A stretch of DNA of 64,000 nt from contig OZ286469.1 in assembly GCA_965644265.1 (NCBI GenBank), positions 50,158,001 through 50,222,000 on the forward strand, written 5' to 3'. Below are positions 24,451 to 38,788 of the stretch, piece after piece (within the stretch, counting starts at the first letter, position 1; each line of letters opens with the position of its first letter). The DNA is from Glycera tridactyla. Its lineage: Eukaryota. The notes beneath the pieces were generated by a model, which did no database searches, had not been told where the DNA came from, and saw only the letters and a list, made by a program, of their open reading frames with translations. The position numbers and the translations under genes were made by a program.

Positions 24451-27400
24451 TGGGATGACTCCATGAGACAGCAGTTAGGGGTGTATGGCTTGCTCGGGGG
24501 GGGGGGGGGGGGTCATGGGCATGGGCTTGGGCTTAGGCATTTGACACATTTCATTGCATGCATGCATGCATGCACACACACACACACACACACACTCACA
24601 CTCACACTCACACGCACTTGATGAATTTTCTGAATCAAGCGGTAGTAATAATTCTGTCCATGCTAGAAATATTGGATTAAGGCTATTTCAGAGAGATATT
24701 GACTGTAGGCGCCAACACCCTGCCTTATCACTTGCCTTCTGCTGATGCCAGGTCTGTTGGCTTGGATAAACAAGTGTTACCACCCAGGGGGTTAACATGT
24801 ACAAATAGATTAGGAGATGATCTCTGCCTGATCATCATCTGATCTTGATTATCTCACAAATACACTTCATTACTCAGCATGCATCTTATCTCCCATGCTC
24901 CACAAGTACATACCCCACACGTACATACCCCATACGTTCACCAACACACTCCAGGATCCCTGATTTGACTGCTGAGAACCACTACAACCAGGTGTGATTT
25001 GAATGTCAAGTGGTGGATGAAGAATATTCAGTATATTGAGGACATAGAAATGTTGCGATAGATGACAGTATAATTTGACAAAATATTTTGGCCCTATCAG
25101 AAAATTTGTCTGACACAAACTTGCCTTTTGTCTGATGACCGCTTGCCAATCCTCTGACAGCTAAAAGTTTTTCTCTGACTCTCTAATGTGTTTTCATGAA
25201 CGCAAGATTCGTCCCATTCCCTGATGAAGTTTTAGATTTTCTGAGATCGAACTGCAACTCTGTAGTGAGGACCCATCACAAGTTTATTTGAAATTCAGAG
25301 AATTCTTTTATGACCCCTTACCAACTGCCATCGAAGAATCACCTTATTTTGTACATGTTCCTAGAAGTCATTGCATTTGGTTCATGGTACATCATGAGGC
25401 ATCCATAATGGTTGTTACCATAGTGCCCAAAGATCTGGGAATATAGGGAGGCGAGCATAATCTTTGGTAACCAAGTGTGCTGATGTAACGAGGTAGTCTT
25501 GCTGTTAAATAACCCTGCATAAGAGCTGATGTAAGATTGCTTGCTTGGTGTGTTGATTTAGTGGAAGTATGCCATGAGTGGGAATAAACCGGACTTATAC
25601 AGTGCTGCATGNNNNNNNNNNNNNNNNNNNNNNNNNNNNNNNNNNNNNNNNNNNNNNNNNNNNNNNNNNNNNNNNNNNNNNNNNNNNNNNNNNNNNNNNN
25701 NNNNNNNNNNNNNNNNNNNNNNNNNNNNNNNNNNNNNNNNNNNNNNNNNNNNNNNNNNNNNNNNNNNNNNNNNNNNNNNNNNNNNNNNNNNNNNNNNNNN
25801 NNNNNNNNNNNNNNNNATTGAAACTTGCATTAAGCATGATGCTGTTGGAAATGATGAAATGGTACACCTAGAGCAAATCCATGCATGTGAATCCATGGTT
25901 CATCATTTTGGAAAATACTTATGATCAATTCTTTCTTGGTAAAATCGCACTTTGTGCTAGTTCAACTGTATTGTAGTCAGTTCATTCAGGAACCATGACT
26001 GTTTCCCATTGGCACAGAATTTTCAGAGAATGTTTCAGCACCATCAGGAGAATGAGTATTCTAACTTCAAATATTTTTGGTCAAAAACGAAATCCTTGGC
26101 ATGATGGCTGTGTTAGGCCATGAGTAGCCTGGCTTTTCTAGAGAATACCTAGCAGTCTTCAATTGGGAATGGCTGGAAATTGACTTCAGCTTGTAAATTG
26201 CTTGAATTTCAGACCCTGATTTTCTTGAGTGAAATCAGGCATTTGAGCATTTGGGAGTATGGAATCTCCCACGCCATTACACATTTCTTGCTACACTTAT
26301 GGCATGAAATACTGAATAGGCATGATGGAGAATTTGATNNNNNNNNNNNNNNNNNNNNNNNNNNNNNNNNNNNNNNNNNNNNNNNNNNNNNNNNNNNNNN
26401 NNNNNNNNNNNNNNNNNNNNNNNNNNNNNNNNNNNNNNNNNNNNNNNNNNNNNNNNNNNNNNNNNNNNNNNNNNNNNNNNNNNNNNNNNNNNNNNNNNNN
26501 NNNNNNNNNGAGAGAGATAGGGAAGGAGGAGGGAGGGAAAGAGAGGAGGAAGGGAGAGAGAGGAGGAGGGGAGAGAGAATGTGGAGATGGTGGTGAATAA
26601 GGTGTGTCAGTGTGTGCCTTCAGCCAGGACAGGCTCATGCATTGATAATATTCTCAATCTAACCATATGCTAGTTTGGCTGGTAATTGTCGGCCCCACCT
26701 GGAGCCCCCTCTGTCAGGAGCAGTTGACCTCACACACAAGAGAGCTGGCATACCATCTGACCTCCACTGACCAATAGGGAGGGGTTTTACAATTGACTGA
26801 CAGCTGGCTTGCTGCCCAGGACCGACCCCTGTGAGGTGCTGTAAGTTTGTTCACCGAGTCTCCACACTATTGGTTTGTCCCGAATTCACCGCTGCCTCCA
26901 CCTGTCTATCTAGCCAGCATGCACACACGGATCAACTCTACAGTCTGTTCACTCGAATTTGATGAGAGGTTATTGAATAAAAAACCACCATATCTCGTTC
27001 AGTACACCTGACATTGGTATGCCCCTGGTTGATTATTTGGCCATCCTCGAAGATGCTCATCCTGTTGGTTGGAAAAGGATGAAATTGAGTGATGGAGTAC
27101 AGAAGATTTGAGGGCTTATATGAGCTCATGTTTGCTTCTTTCTTGGCAAATTTCTCAAAATATTATTTGGGGATAAAATATGAAGCTTGTTGGTTGGTTT
27201 GTATGCTGGTTTGGTATATCATTTGCTTCATCTAGGCTAGATTAAATTTAGTAATATCTAATCAGGACATAGGATTGGGTTTACAGGCAAACTTGCCCTA
27301 GGCATGATTTATACCGAACAAGAATTTGTTGCAAGCAAAAATTCTTGGCTGATCCCACTAAAGCATTTTTCAATGAAATAGACATGTACTAAACATGAAC

Positions 27401-29391
27401 TTGCTCTAAGTACATAATGTGTCAGTACTTCTTTGCCCAGACATTTTTACCTTGTTTTGGACATCCGTCTTGAACGAGCTTTTTGTGAATAAACTCGTTT
27501 CAGGACTGGTTGGAATGAGAGCCTCATTGTGCCTTGTAGAGCATCCCCTTGGTAACAACAGTGCATGTGTGGCGACAACGAGATGTGTTAGCTTTCACCA
27601 TGCTAATGTGTGTTCCGAACCTCCATTCAGAGAAGGAAGTAATGGCAGGCAGGGATTAAGCCATGTTAGCCTAGGGACACATTTCACCAACAGCTAGGTT
27701 CAGTCATAAAATCATGCAAGTGTTCCCAATTACTATAGCACTAAAGAAACGAAACTCCAGCCACAATTTTTAGGGTTATTCGGTGCTTAGTGAAGTGGGT
27801 CCCAAGAGTGTCTAATGGATGTTTGAAATGTATGCTCCTAATCCTAGCTAAACATCAGACCTCTCATTCTCTTTGTGTATAAATCAGTCGGAATCACCCT
27901 CGGGTATCACATCTCGTGAGATAACATGCACGGTACTCATCAGTGGTAGAACTCAGAATACTGTGGCGGGAGATTTCGAATGACCACCATCGGCAATAAT
28001 GGTTTTGATTTGTCAATTGAATTGAATTTAGAATTGATTCAGTGATTGAATTGCAGACACTTGCTGGTGAAATCTGCCCTCCTCTCAACAGGCTGTCTCC
28101 ATTCTATATTCTAGGGCAGCTGATGCTACCTTCAAAGCAGAAATGCTGCAACAAATGTTCGATTCATGGATTGGATTTAATTTCAAGCCTTGATGCTTTC
28201 TTATTAGTCAAGGACATAAAAAGTGATGAGCTCAAAAGATTCCAGCTTTTGATACTAAATTCACCATACTACTGTAGCAGAATTCAATTCATTGCCATAT
28301 TGAAACGAAAAGCATACATCGATGGCCATTTTGGATTGGTGGTAGTTACAGTCGGTTCGCATTTTTTTGTGGCGCCTGTTTTCCGCCAATGATTCATTAA
28401 AATGTGAATACCAGTGAGAAGTATGAATGCCGCTACTTGAGATGGGAATTGTCGCTTGTATATCTACTCGAATTTCACCCATCCACTCAATGTTTGTGAG
28501 TGAAATCATACATGATAGAATCAGATCCGGGCTTGTTCATTGCCGTGACGCAGCAATCGAACGTACGCCGTTGCCAGTTGACCAATCACAACTCTCAGCG
28601 AGGAAATACAGCTGTGAGTTTTCTGTCAAATTGAAATAGGCCCATTCATTCAATTGAAGATGAACACAAAATGACTGTGGGTAGTCTGTTGCTATATGGT
28701 CCCAAGATAACTATTGTGACCTAGAGCCCCTATAGTTGAATGAAGTTCACTCGTGGTCATTATCGCTCTACAGAGCTTGGCCTAGTGCCCTGGGCAAGTA
28801 AATTTTCAATTGGAGCTAATGAATTGCCATATTGCTTTGCCTCATGGGCAGGCATTCATCAGCGATTCGTGGAAAAGGTTGCAGGAGGACATCTGCCCCT
28901 CGGGGTTTTGTTGGGAGTCGATGACCTGTTTGAAAAGCCGACTGTCAAAACCATGGCTTTGTCATCATTGTGATTCCTCCGATTTAGTTTTTCAGCGAAT
29001 GATTTCAATCTTCTCAGCTGAGCAATCTATCCATTCAATTATAATTGCATTAAGTAGCAGGACCGACCATATCGAGATCTAAATAGCCTGAAATTCTGAA
29101 AGCAAGATATGCTGTTTTGCCTCGCCCACATATCAGTGTCACTCTGCTTATGCCCATATTCAGCATACGTGGCGAGCACCCACTGTGATCAATGTGGGTC
29201 GACAGAAAACCGGCCCAATGCCAATGGCAATGGAGTGTAGGTCAGCCAACACACGTTGGACAGTGACACTAGATCATAATATATGCTCTTACACAGACGG
29301 GCCATTGACCTCAGTTCATGGGCTTTAAATATCAGGTAACCACTTTCGTCAAAGTCACCAGAAGTTTTTAGCAAGTATCAAAGACACTATA

Positions 29392-29567
29392 CAGTGAAAC
29401 TCGAGAGACCGCCCTAATTGTCACCAAAAAGCGGTCTCTCGAAAGAGTTGGTCTCTCGTTGGAAGTATATTTGACTATGTCAAATAGAAAAGCTGCCCTG
29501 GAAAACGGTCTCCCATCAGAGGTGGTCTCTTGTCGGGGGGGGGGGTCTCTTGTCGCAGGTCTCACTG
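29392..29567. mobile_element. MITE family B
   Basis: TA|CAGTGAAACT ... AGGTCTCACTG|TA, with internal GGTCTCTC repeats. A related fragment lies at about 3050-3150. Confidence 0.8.
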
Positions 29568-32500
29568 TATAACGATCATTATGGCATATTTGCAGTATCC
29601 ACCAATAATATTAAGATATTATTGATTACATAGTTGCAAGGCAATGGACCTGACTAGGGACCTTGGACCACGGTCTCTCACCTGACCCAGCATTGGTGAT
29701 GTACCTTCTTGCGATGTTCTAGTTTACATGATCGCAGATGCATCTCAAAAAACTGTCTTCTGAAAAACTGCTACCCGATTAGCGTTTCCTGTGTATGTCC
29801 TCTATATATGCCAGGTTGACAAAAATATCTAAATGACATCATTAGGTAATCACTATCTACAAAAACAGGCTCTCTTGGTTGAGTATTGGCGGAGAACTGA
29901 CGGTCCAGCAAGAATTTCCTTTTATCTTTTGGTTTTATACATCTGCATAGTATACAAGAAGTCCCCTTACCCATGACCAACTCTTTGTATGTGACAATAT
30001 ATGGAATGAAATTAATTGAAAATTAAGAGTTCTCGAGATCCTCCAAAGACTTGTTTGAAGTTGAGATTTTGAGTGACATTCTTTGTCCTGGTATATCTGC
30101 CAGTGGGAATACAGAGCAACCATAGTACAACCTGGCCTCTGAGTGGAAGATGAATGGGCAGAGCCCCAGGCTGGGGACCTTGCTCTTTGAGTAAACAGCA
30201 TGTCCACATACAGTAGTTTCAATATGTCCAAGTGCTCATTATGATTCATCCTTTCCATTTCATCGAAATCTTGAAATACTACATGATGATTCCATCCACC
30301 AAAAAGTTGATGATGAAAATATCTCATTTTCCTTTTTGATAATTCTCAAACATGTGTTTGGTCAACAATCGGGTCACTTGCTTGTGGCGAATGTTGGAAT
30401 GAATGATGGCGATTCCGGGTCGAAATAGGAAGAGGCCCGGGGCCATCTGCCTGTGTTTTATCAGTTGTTGGAGCTGACACAGGGTCCTTCTCTGCCCTCC
30501 GCCCTCCCTTCCTCTCCAACAATAGCCTTTCATCTGATTTGTTGAACAGGCTCACTTCACAGATCCTTTTTCCGATTCTCACTTATTCGATTCTCTAAGA
30601 GAATCATCCGTAGCTGAGATCCACATTTGAAGCGGAATTTGGTGAAATGCTCCTCAGGATTGTGATGGTGCACTTTGCTTCCTTAATTTGTTTGTCATTC
30701 CGATGTGGGTCTGACGGAGCTCAAGTTCCGTTATAAATGGAACTCTTGTAATGACCAGCTCGGGGCTGTTTGTTATTCGTGTATCAATTAAGGAGGAGGC
30801 TTGGTCATATCACTTACCCAGATTCACTATCTGATGTGTCACTGAGAGTCGCTTGCTTGCTTGCCGAGAGCTCATTTCAACTCTCCAACACGCTCAAATG
30901 AGTTTCATACGTTCTTCGTGAATATTCATTCAATTACTCTTGGCATGTGGCAATGGAGATTTTTGTGTGAAGCTCACTTTATTAAAGCCAATTAGAATAT
31001 TTTGATACCAACCTTGGCAGTATGAATTTGAGAATAATTGTTTGCTTGAGTAAGGAGTATTCTCTGGCTGGCTTATGCAGTGGTGCCACTTTCCCGAAAT
31101 AATTCAGAAAATCCAAAAAGTGGGCTAGAATTGAAGTTGAGAAATTGCCTGAAATCTCGCTGCATGTTTCAGGACAGATACATTTGAGTATAGGTTGTGG
31201 TAGTTTTAGAAAATCTATCCATATTTCTGAAAATTCTGTGTCACCTCATTGGCATCACTGGTTATATACATGACTGAATTTTAGAGTATAAATAAAACAA
31301 TGATATCATGACTCACAATAGCAGCAACAACAACAACAACAACAGCAGCAGGCAACTACAATGATATTCATTTTGAGAAGGACCACCCATTCCATTAACA
31401 CTAATGATGATGACAATCTTAGAAAATCATAATGATCATATGATTGTCATCTCGAGCTGCCCCCTACAATTGGATTGTTCATCAGGGATGACCTTCACCT
31501 TGCTCAAGGACAAAATGAGATGGCCTTGACCTTGCATGATGAGGATTTTTTCCAACAAGAGGACTGGACTCAAAATGTCCTGGTTAGTTTTCCATGTTCA
31601 CGCACAGCTGAAGGTCATGTGTGTGAACTGGCAGCATCGGACCAATGACCTGACCTGTCAGCTAACCTCTGCTGGCAGCGAGGTGTATTAGCGGTGGACA
31701 TGGCATGTAACGATGGTCGGCGTCACTCGTGGATGACGCACCATCATGGCAACTACATCGCGCCAGGTTGTGTCAACTGTCACTTCCCTCACACCATGGT
31801 GCCAACTAATGCATATGCAAAGCATGTCAACATGCACCACAGGTGCTACATCATGTATCAACTGTTGGTGGAATTGACTGTTTTTGGAATGGGTCAGGTT
31901 GGAAGTGTTAGCTATGAGACGTATGCAAGTATACGTCAGCTTGTGTTGTTGCCATCATTTGATATGCGGTCAATGTTCACTTCCCCATGTGCACGAATAT
32001 ACCAGAATCAACCATGGATGTTTTGTATTTGATATTTTTGGGATTAACCATTATAGACAAGTTCAAATCATTCCAGTCATCATGCCAAATGTGATGATCA
32101 ATAACATTAGGGAAGTATCCTCCCTAAATATGGTCATCCCTATGAATCCCCTATGAATCCCATATTAGCTAATCAAAAATAATGACTGTGAAAGGTGGAA
32201 AAAAAGAAAAGAAAAAAAAGAACCACCATGAAGGACTCTGGTATCACCTGAAGTGTGACCTTTTATTTCAGTGAAACCACCATGTTTCATATCTCTGTCA
32301 AGTATTTCTCTAATTATGGTTCTCAAAACATTGACACATCATGAGGTCTCGATTTTCGAAATAAGAAAATACAGTTGTTGTCTGGGGCATCAGTGAGATG
32401 GCAATAGATAGCAACCACATTATCCAGGAAGGAATTATAATTGTCATTCTCTGACCGGAAATGAACATATGTCACATCATTTCCCTAGCAATGAGTTTAC

Positions 32501-34091
32501 CACTCTAATTTGACTTTGAAAGTTGAAAAAACATTAGCGAAAAAAATGCTCCTGAGACTAAAGAGCCTCGTAAGGAGCTTGTGTGAGTGGTGTGTTCCTT
32601 GAAGTACATGGGATTAAAAACTGGGGCCTACAAAAAGAAGGATTAGAGCCAATTTTTTTATTGTTTCTTGTGTTTTTGATCTCCTCTCTTATGTCAGCTC
32701 TATTTTTATCAGCTTTAATTTCCTGTGTACTGTTCATTTCGGTGATTTACTCCTGAAATGAAAAAAGTTCTAGGGCAGATATTCTGGCTTACTCCTCAAT
32801 GCAGGGACATGTTTTCATGAACCAAAACTGAGAATTAAATTCTAGTCAACACATCAAGGTCATTAGATTCCTATCAGAGTATTTTCACCTGTGCAAAGGA
32901 TGCACCGGTTCAAAGGATGCACATTTGGGTCTTTCCTTAGCCACATGCTTAGGACAGGTTTGACAATTTATGATAATGATAAATGGATACTTCCCATGAG
33001 ATATAGAACAATGGAAAATAATCCTCCCCTGAAAATGAGTGACCCTAAGATAGGGACATTGTTTGAGAAGATCCAGATTGGAAATTGTTGATTTATGCGG
33101 GAATTTCTCACATTTGGAACGAGTAGGTTGTTGAACTGCTAGGTCACTGAGCGGCCTGGTATCTGCTGGTTCGGGAATAGTTGCTATGGGTGGTGTAGGT
33201 GTCACACTCACCAGTCACATTAGCATAATCTCCGCGACACCTGTCGTTCACATATTCCCCCGGCTAGCACCTCCGTACCCCTTGTCGGCAAACACATCAG
33301 GATTGCAGAGCCAACATCTTCTGTTTATCTTTGCTACTTATTTGAATAGGCGCATGAGTGCCTTTCTTCTCTGGGGGTGCTTAGCACGATTTAAGCTGCA
33401 AAATCCCGATCAGTCAGAATGCCCCACCATGACATCAAAAGGGTATTCAACCTATGACCTTTATATTGGTGTGAATGAGCATAAAGAGGCTATAATGAGC
33501 AAGAAGTCACGGGCAACTTAGGAGCCAAATTAGGAGCATTGCCTAGCAATATGAGAATTTGATTGTTGTTTTAACTTCTCATCAATTTATTAGAAACGTA
33601 TTGAGATTCCAGTGCAATCGGCATGGGGGGACTAAGGTTCCTCTCAGAATTTATTGGATAGCTGATGTTGGTTTCTCAAGCATAATATGCTTTTATTGAT
33701 ACACATGCATTGGTTGGCCTTTGCTCTCTGGTTTATCATGAGAACGACCTATTTCTTCAGTCTTATATAACCCTGCCTTGGTTCATGAGAGGTTAAGCAT
33801 TATGCACTCAATCAATTACCAGCTGGCGATACTGAACCTCAAACCAGGTCATTTTTCAACACATGGTGTTTGTTTTTGTTGTACAAACATGTGTTCAGTG
33901 TTTTCCATGCTGGTTGATGACCTGTGTGTGGGAAACAGGTGCTTGATTCAGGTCTTAACCAGGTCATATCAGAATTCGAGGACATAAAAGTTAGATAACA
34001 GATCTGGATGTCTTGGGTCAAAGAGTACACAATCGGTACACCAGAGTTACAGCTGCATGGGCACACATGTGAGCGCATGAATGCATGCACA

Positions 34092-34093
<2 letters not shown>

Positions 34094-34129
<36 letters not shown>
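34094..34129. repeat. (CA)n microsatellite
   Basis: Directly visible. Confidence 0.95.
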
Positions 34130-34132
<3 letters not shown>

Positions 34133-36622
34133 TTTTCGATTAAACAAACACACACTTTTTGGATAAATTTCATGTCAGTGACAGGTCCATGAAATGTGTT
34201 AAATGCCGAAGCCCAATTTTTGGGTTTCATACAAAGAACCCACAACCTCTGAGTAAGGCAACCATTGCCAGCCACACACACGCAAGCACGCACACACAAA
34301 CACACACACACACATGCTCATGTTCCACATCATCATCATCATCAGCATCAGCATCGGCGTCTGCTGATCTGGGTTTTCACTTGCACATCCCTTCAACACC
34401 TGTGTCTGAAGTCCACCAGCCTGCATTGATCGGGCACTTGAGGACCGTTTCACTCAGCCACAACTCTCATGTGAGTGCACTGAGGAGATGTGCTCAAGGA
34501 GATGTGCTCGCAGATACCGTGCACCAAAATCAACTGAGTGCTCTGATAATGGTCTGGTTTGAATTGTTACTCTTTGTTACTGCATGGTATTGGGCTTCGA
34601 TGCATTGAAATTTTGCCTAGTTGCACTTTACTGTTGCCCTCTATGGATGCCAAAAACTGGAGTGATTGCTGCTAGATTGCTGGTCGGTGATGGAGAGAGT
34701 CCATTTGCTGGCTCTCCTCCAGCCAAGATGACCTTCAATCCTGCATCCACAGTTTGAAGATAAATGCTGAACTGGCTCATGTATGCCTTTCTTCTTCATG
34801 TTAATGGCACAAAATGAGGTCTTGTATAAAGAGGTATAAAGAGGTTTGTCAGTATAATGGGGTAAAATGATTGGAAATGATTCACCTGTGTCCAAATTGG
34901 AGTGGGCTAACAATGGGTTTCAGTCATCAAGACATCAAAAAGCTAACCTGCCCACCTGCGAACTCAACCTGTCCCGCTTATATATGCTCATGATTTGATA
35001 AGACCATATCCAACCAGCTTGCTGAGAAAATCAAGTAGACAGCTATTACACCTCACACTTGGTTTTCATGTAGCCTGTTGAATTGACCCACGAGACCTTT
35101 TTTTTTTGGGGGGGGGGGGGGGTGTTTGAAGATGAATAAATCGTGGAAGACCTGGTGAATTTGGACCACAGACATTTGGTGAATGGATCCCTACTGGCCC
35201 ACCTGTATCATATCGGTTGCTTTTATGAAGGCGTCAGACATCTGTTGATAAATGCGCTGGGGTCATAAACTGGCGAGTTGTCATTACCTCCTACATTACC
35301 TTTTTTAGAGCGGTCTCTCATCACAGGTTTCACCGTATCGAAGGAACAGTGGAGATTGTCAGTCCTTATCGAATGAGGTCTTTCATAGGTGGCTAACTGT
35401 TTTGGATTCTCTCCAAAAATCATGGCGACTTCAAGCACCTGGCAGGGGGGGGGGGGGGGGGGTCAGTACGATAATGGCGTAATGGAGCTGATTCATGCCG
35501 TGCAGGTGCTCGCAACTTTGTGCTCCGCTTCTGAACAATCTTAAATGTTCAATTAAGTGACAAATAATCGCTAAGTGGATGTCCAGGTACAAGTAATGCC
35601 CGCATTAAAATTGGAATCAATACACCGCCAAACATAGTTCTATTTGCGCGACTTGCCAAGCGATCCGGTGCCATAGTAACCCCGAAGGCCCATTTCCTGG
35701 TTGCCGTGGCAATGCAAGCATGACCGGATTCAGCACAGAAATCATCAATTTAGAAATACCGGGTCAATATTACTCTACAGTGGTGATTGTATACACCTAT
35801 ATCATCCCGTCATAAAATACAGACAATGATGAAGCCGTAGCTCATTCAGAACAGCTTGTGTACCGCCGTCTTTGGTTCCTACATGAACAAGATCCATAAT
35901 TAAAACGGGATTTAATTTCAAGATTGCAAATTGAAAGATTGGGATGTTAAGAAACAGTCCCTTGCATCACCCATAATCAAATTTTGTTTCAATTATTAGG
36001 ACAACCCTTCCTGTCTCATATTAGCAAGTAATTCTCCCCCAAGCTGCTGTTCTCAGGCTTTCATGCTTTGTGAAGAGAAAGAATTTCCAGCGAGGAAATC
36101 AATCAATAAGTTATGCTTCGCTAAGTGGCTGAGATCCGAAGAATTATGTGATCGTCTTAATACTGGAATCTGAAGAATTATGGTATGCTCTTTTAATTAT
36201 GAAGGAACCATAATGATGCTGGTCAATGATCATCTTTTTCGCCCTGGCAATCGACAGCAGTTGGGTATATCTATATTTGAGTGTTGAATGTACCTGGAAT
36301 GTCCTGAAACATGCCTGGGATTGGTCTTTATGTTTTTTCATGGTCTCAGTATGTCCATGTTTGACATGCATGCCTTTTCTGATGTTTTGACAAAATGACT
36401 GACGTCTGTGCGTGTGCAGTGAATTCACTCGACAAAACTGAATGAGTGACCTGGAGGATGTGTAACTGGTATTCTAACACACTTTTCTCTCTCTATCAGG
36501 CGGTCCACATTCCCTACCAACCTGAAAGTGTGCCAGCCTTTTATGAGATTCAGGGGGGAGGTTGCAGAGAGTTCCTCGCTCCAGGGCATTACTTGTCAAG
36601 CACACATTTGTTTGCTCTCACT

Positions 36623-36623
<1 letters not shown>

Positions 36624-36681
<58 letters not shown>
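36624..36681. repeat. (GT)n microsatellite
   Basis: Directly visible. Confidence 0.96.
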
Positions 36682-36683
<2 letters not shown>

Positions 36684-38252
36684 AAGTCCACATCCACAGC
36701 CCACACAGCTGCAGCCACCTTTATAATGATGGTGATGTCAAATGTCCATCATTGTACAAAAATAAAATACCCTCTTTGACATGTGACCACATTACCATGA
36801 CAGAAATTCAAAAACATTTGCTATTCATATTACTACTCAACTCTCCCTGAAATCAGTGTTAACATGCATGACAGGAGATATGATGCCTCAATTTACTGAT
36901 CTTATAAAAGTTTTACTTTGATCAGTGCCTGAATGATCACTGACTGTAGGGCTTCCCAGGAAATGATCATAAGATATTTCATCTCATCTTAACGAGAAAC
37001 AGTTGAGTGACGGTCCAGTCAAATTTAAATCACTCCATTCTCACATATGTGCTCAGAGATTTTTCTCAGAATTTGATACTCGTCGTCGCAGTTGGGCGAG
37101 CAGAAGTAGCCAATTTGAAGCGAAGGGGGTCAGTTGAGCAATCAGCAATTGAGATGTGAAGAGAAGATCAGGAATGGACGGCCGTCCTCCTCGTATCTAT
37201 CGCAGATTCGCCTGTGTTAGGTGATTGAGTAAATGGCAGTCGTTTCCACTATCTCAACAAGACAACCTACCCGCTCCGACAACTGACTTGACTTTATCTG
37301 AAAATGGTCTTTGATTTATGTCTGCCATTTGTCTTGATAGATTGCTATCAAAAGTAGTGACTCAAGTGTGTTTGGGAATGGGCAGGCAGGCGTCGTCCCA
37401 TTTGCCGTAGACGGCCTTCACGGATTTTTACTTCCCAGAGATAGTAGGAAACACAGAAAAGAAGCTATTTGTATGTATGTGTGTGAGTGGGTGGGTGTGC
37501 GTGCCTTGTGTCCCTGGAGAAATATGGTTGACCAGATTTTGATTGTTACTCCTAAGATTTGCAATGAACGATTGATATCATATTCAGTTAGTCCGAGACC
37601 TAGGAGCTCTGGAGTTAACTCACAAATTCAGATTGAAGAGCTTCCACATCCTGAGATCAGTTTCAGTAGACTTGAAATGTGTTTCAGTTGATTTGAAATG
37701 CAATCAGAATTCGAGTAGCCGGCAGACATCACCCCGCCGTGGAGAGAGCATCTGATATTCAGTTTTGAGGGTCCTATGCACCTGTGTAAGATCTGCTGTG
37801 ATCCTGTATTTCCCTTGCTAATTAGAACAGGATCTGGTGATATCCTGAAGGATGATTGTTCTGCAGATCGGTGCGTTTCTGTGTTTTTGATCGAAAAATG
37901 CAGCAATCCATTCATACGGTAGAAAAGAGTATTGTATGCTGATTATTTTTCAATTTTGGTATATGTTCATAGTATATGTATCATCATAAGAGATTCTGTT
38001 AGTTTAGTTGAGTATATTTTATATTACTGTTTCCGAGAATTTGTAATTGATGATGATATAATAATTCAGAAATTCAAGATGGCGGTCTCCAGCAATCATC
38101 AGATGTGAATGCTGGTCAGCTCTTCTGTCTTGTCTTTTGGCATTAATTCTCTCTGGAACGCATCTTATCACACAAAGTCCGGCGCCCGTATCGCTGGGCA
38201 ACACTTCTGCATCAGCTGCAGTGGACAGCATCATCATCTTCTCCCGCCTCCA

Positions 38253-38265
38253 GTTGCTAGGCAAC
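38253..38265. promoter_or_regulatory. RFX X-box (GTTGCTAGGCAAC)
   Basis: Exact match to the EF-C/RFX consensus GTTGCYNGGCAAC. Sequence match only; binding is not shown. Confidence 0.6.
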
Positions 38266-38788
38266 AATCTCCCTGCCGGACAAAATTGACCATGCTGTCA
38301 GCCATAAAATAAATTGAAAATATATTTTGTGACTTCCCCCACTGCCTAGATAGCACCGCAAAGGACACCTCTAGATTCTGGAAGATACAATCCCTGGAAT
38401 TTGTTGTGTACAATCCTCATTTCATATACAAATCCTCGTTATGACATGAAGTGTAGTTTCTCCAGAAAACATTGCCCATGTTTTAATTCAAACTTTGTCA
38501 TGAATTGCTTTTCTGCTCCTTTCTTTGGTTTAGAACATAGCATCAATAGTGGGAATTCAATCTCTTCAAGGAATTTTGACTTATCTGACACTGTTTTTGG
38601 TGGACTTGAACTCAAATTCAATGCCATATTCAAATGAAGTTGGTGTGTATCAGGTAGAAAATCACCAAATTTGTGAGAGATTAATACAAAATTTTCTCAT
38701 CACTGAGAATCATTGGAGAAACAGGCAGAAACTATGTCGGATTAGTGTGTCAATTTTATGAAATATGATGAATATATCCTCCGTAGGT

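Noticed and set aside
29935-30327. 130-aa minus-strand ORF as a nested gene or decayed transposase
   Set aside because: No recognisable domain, no convincing splice structure, and a length compatible with chance.
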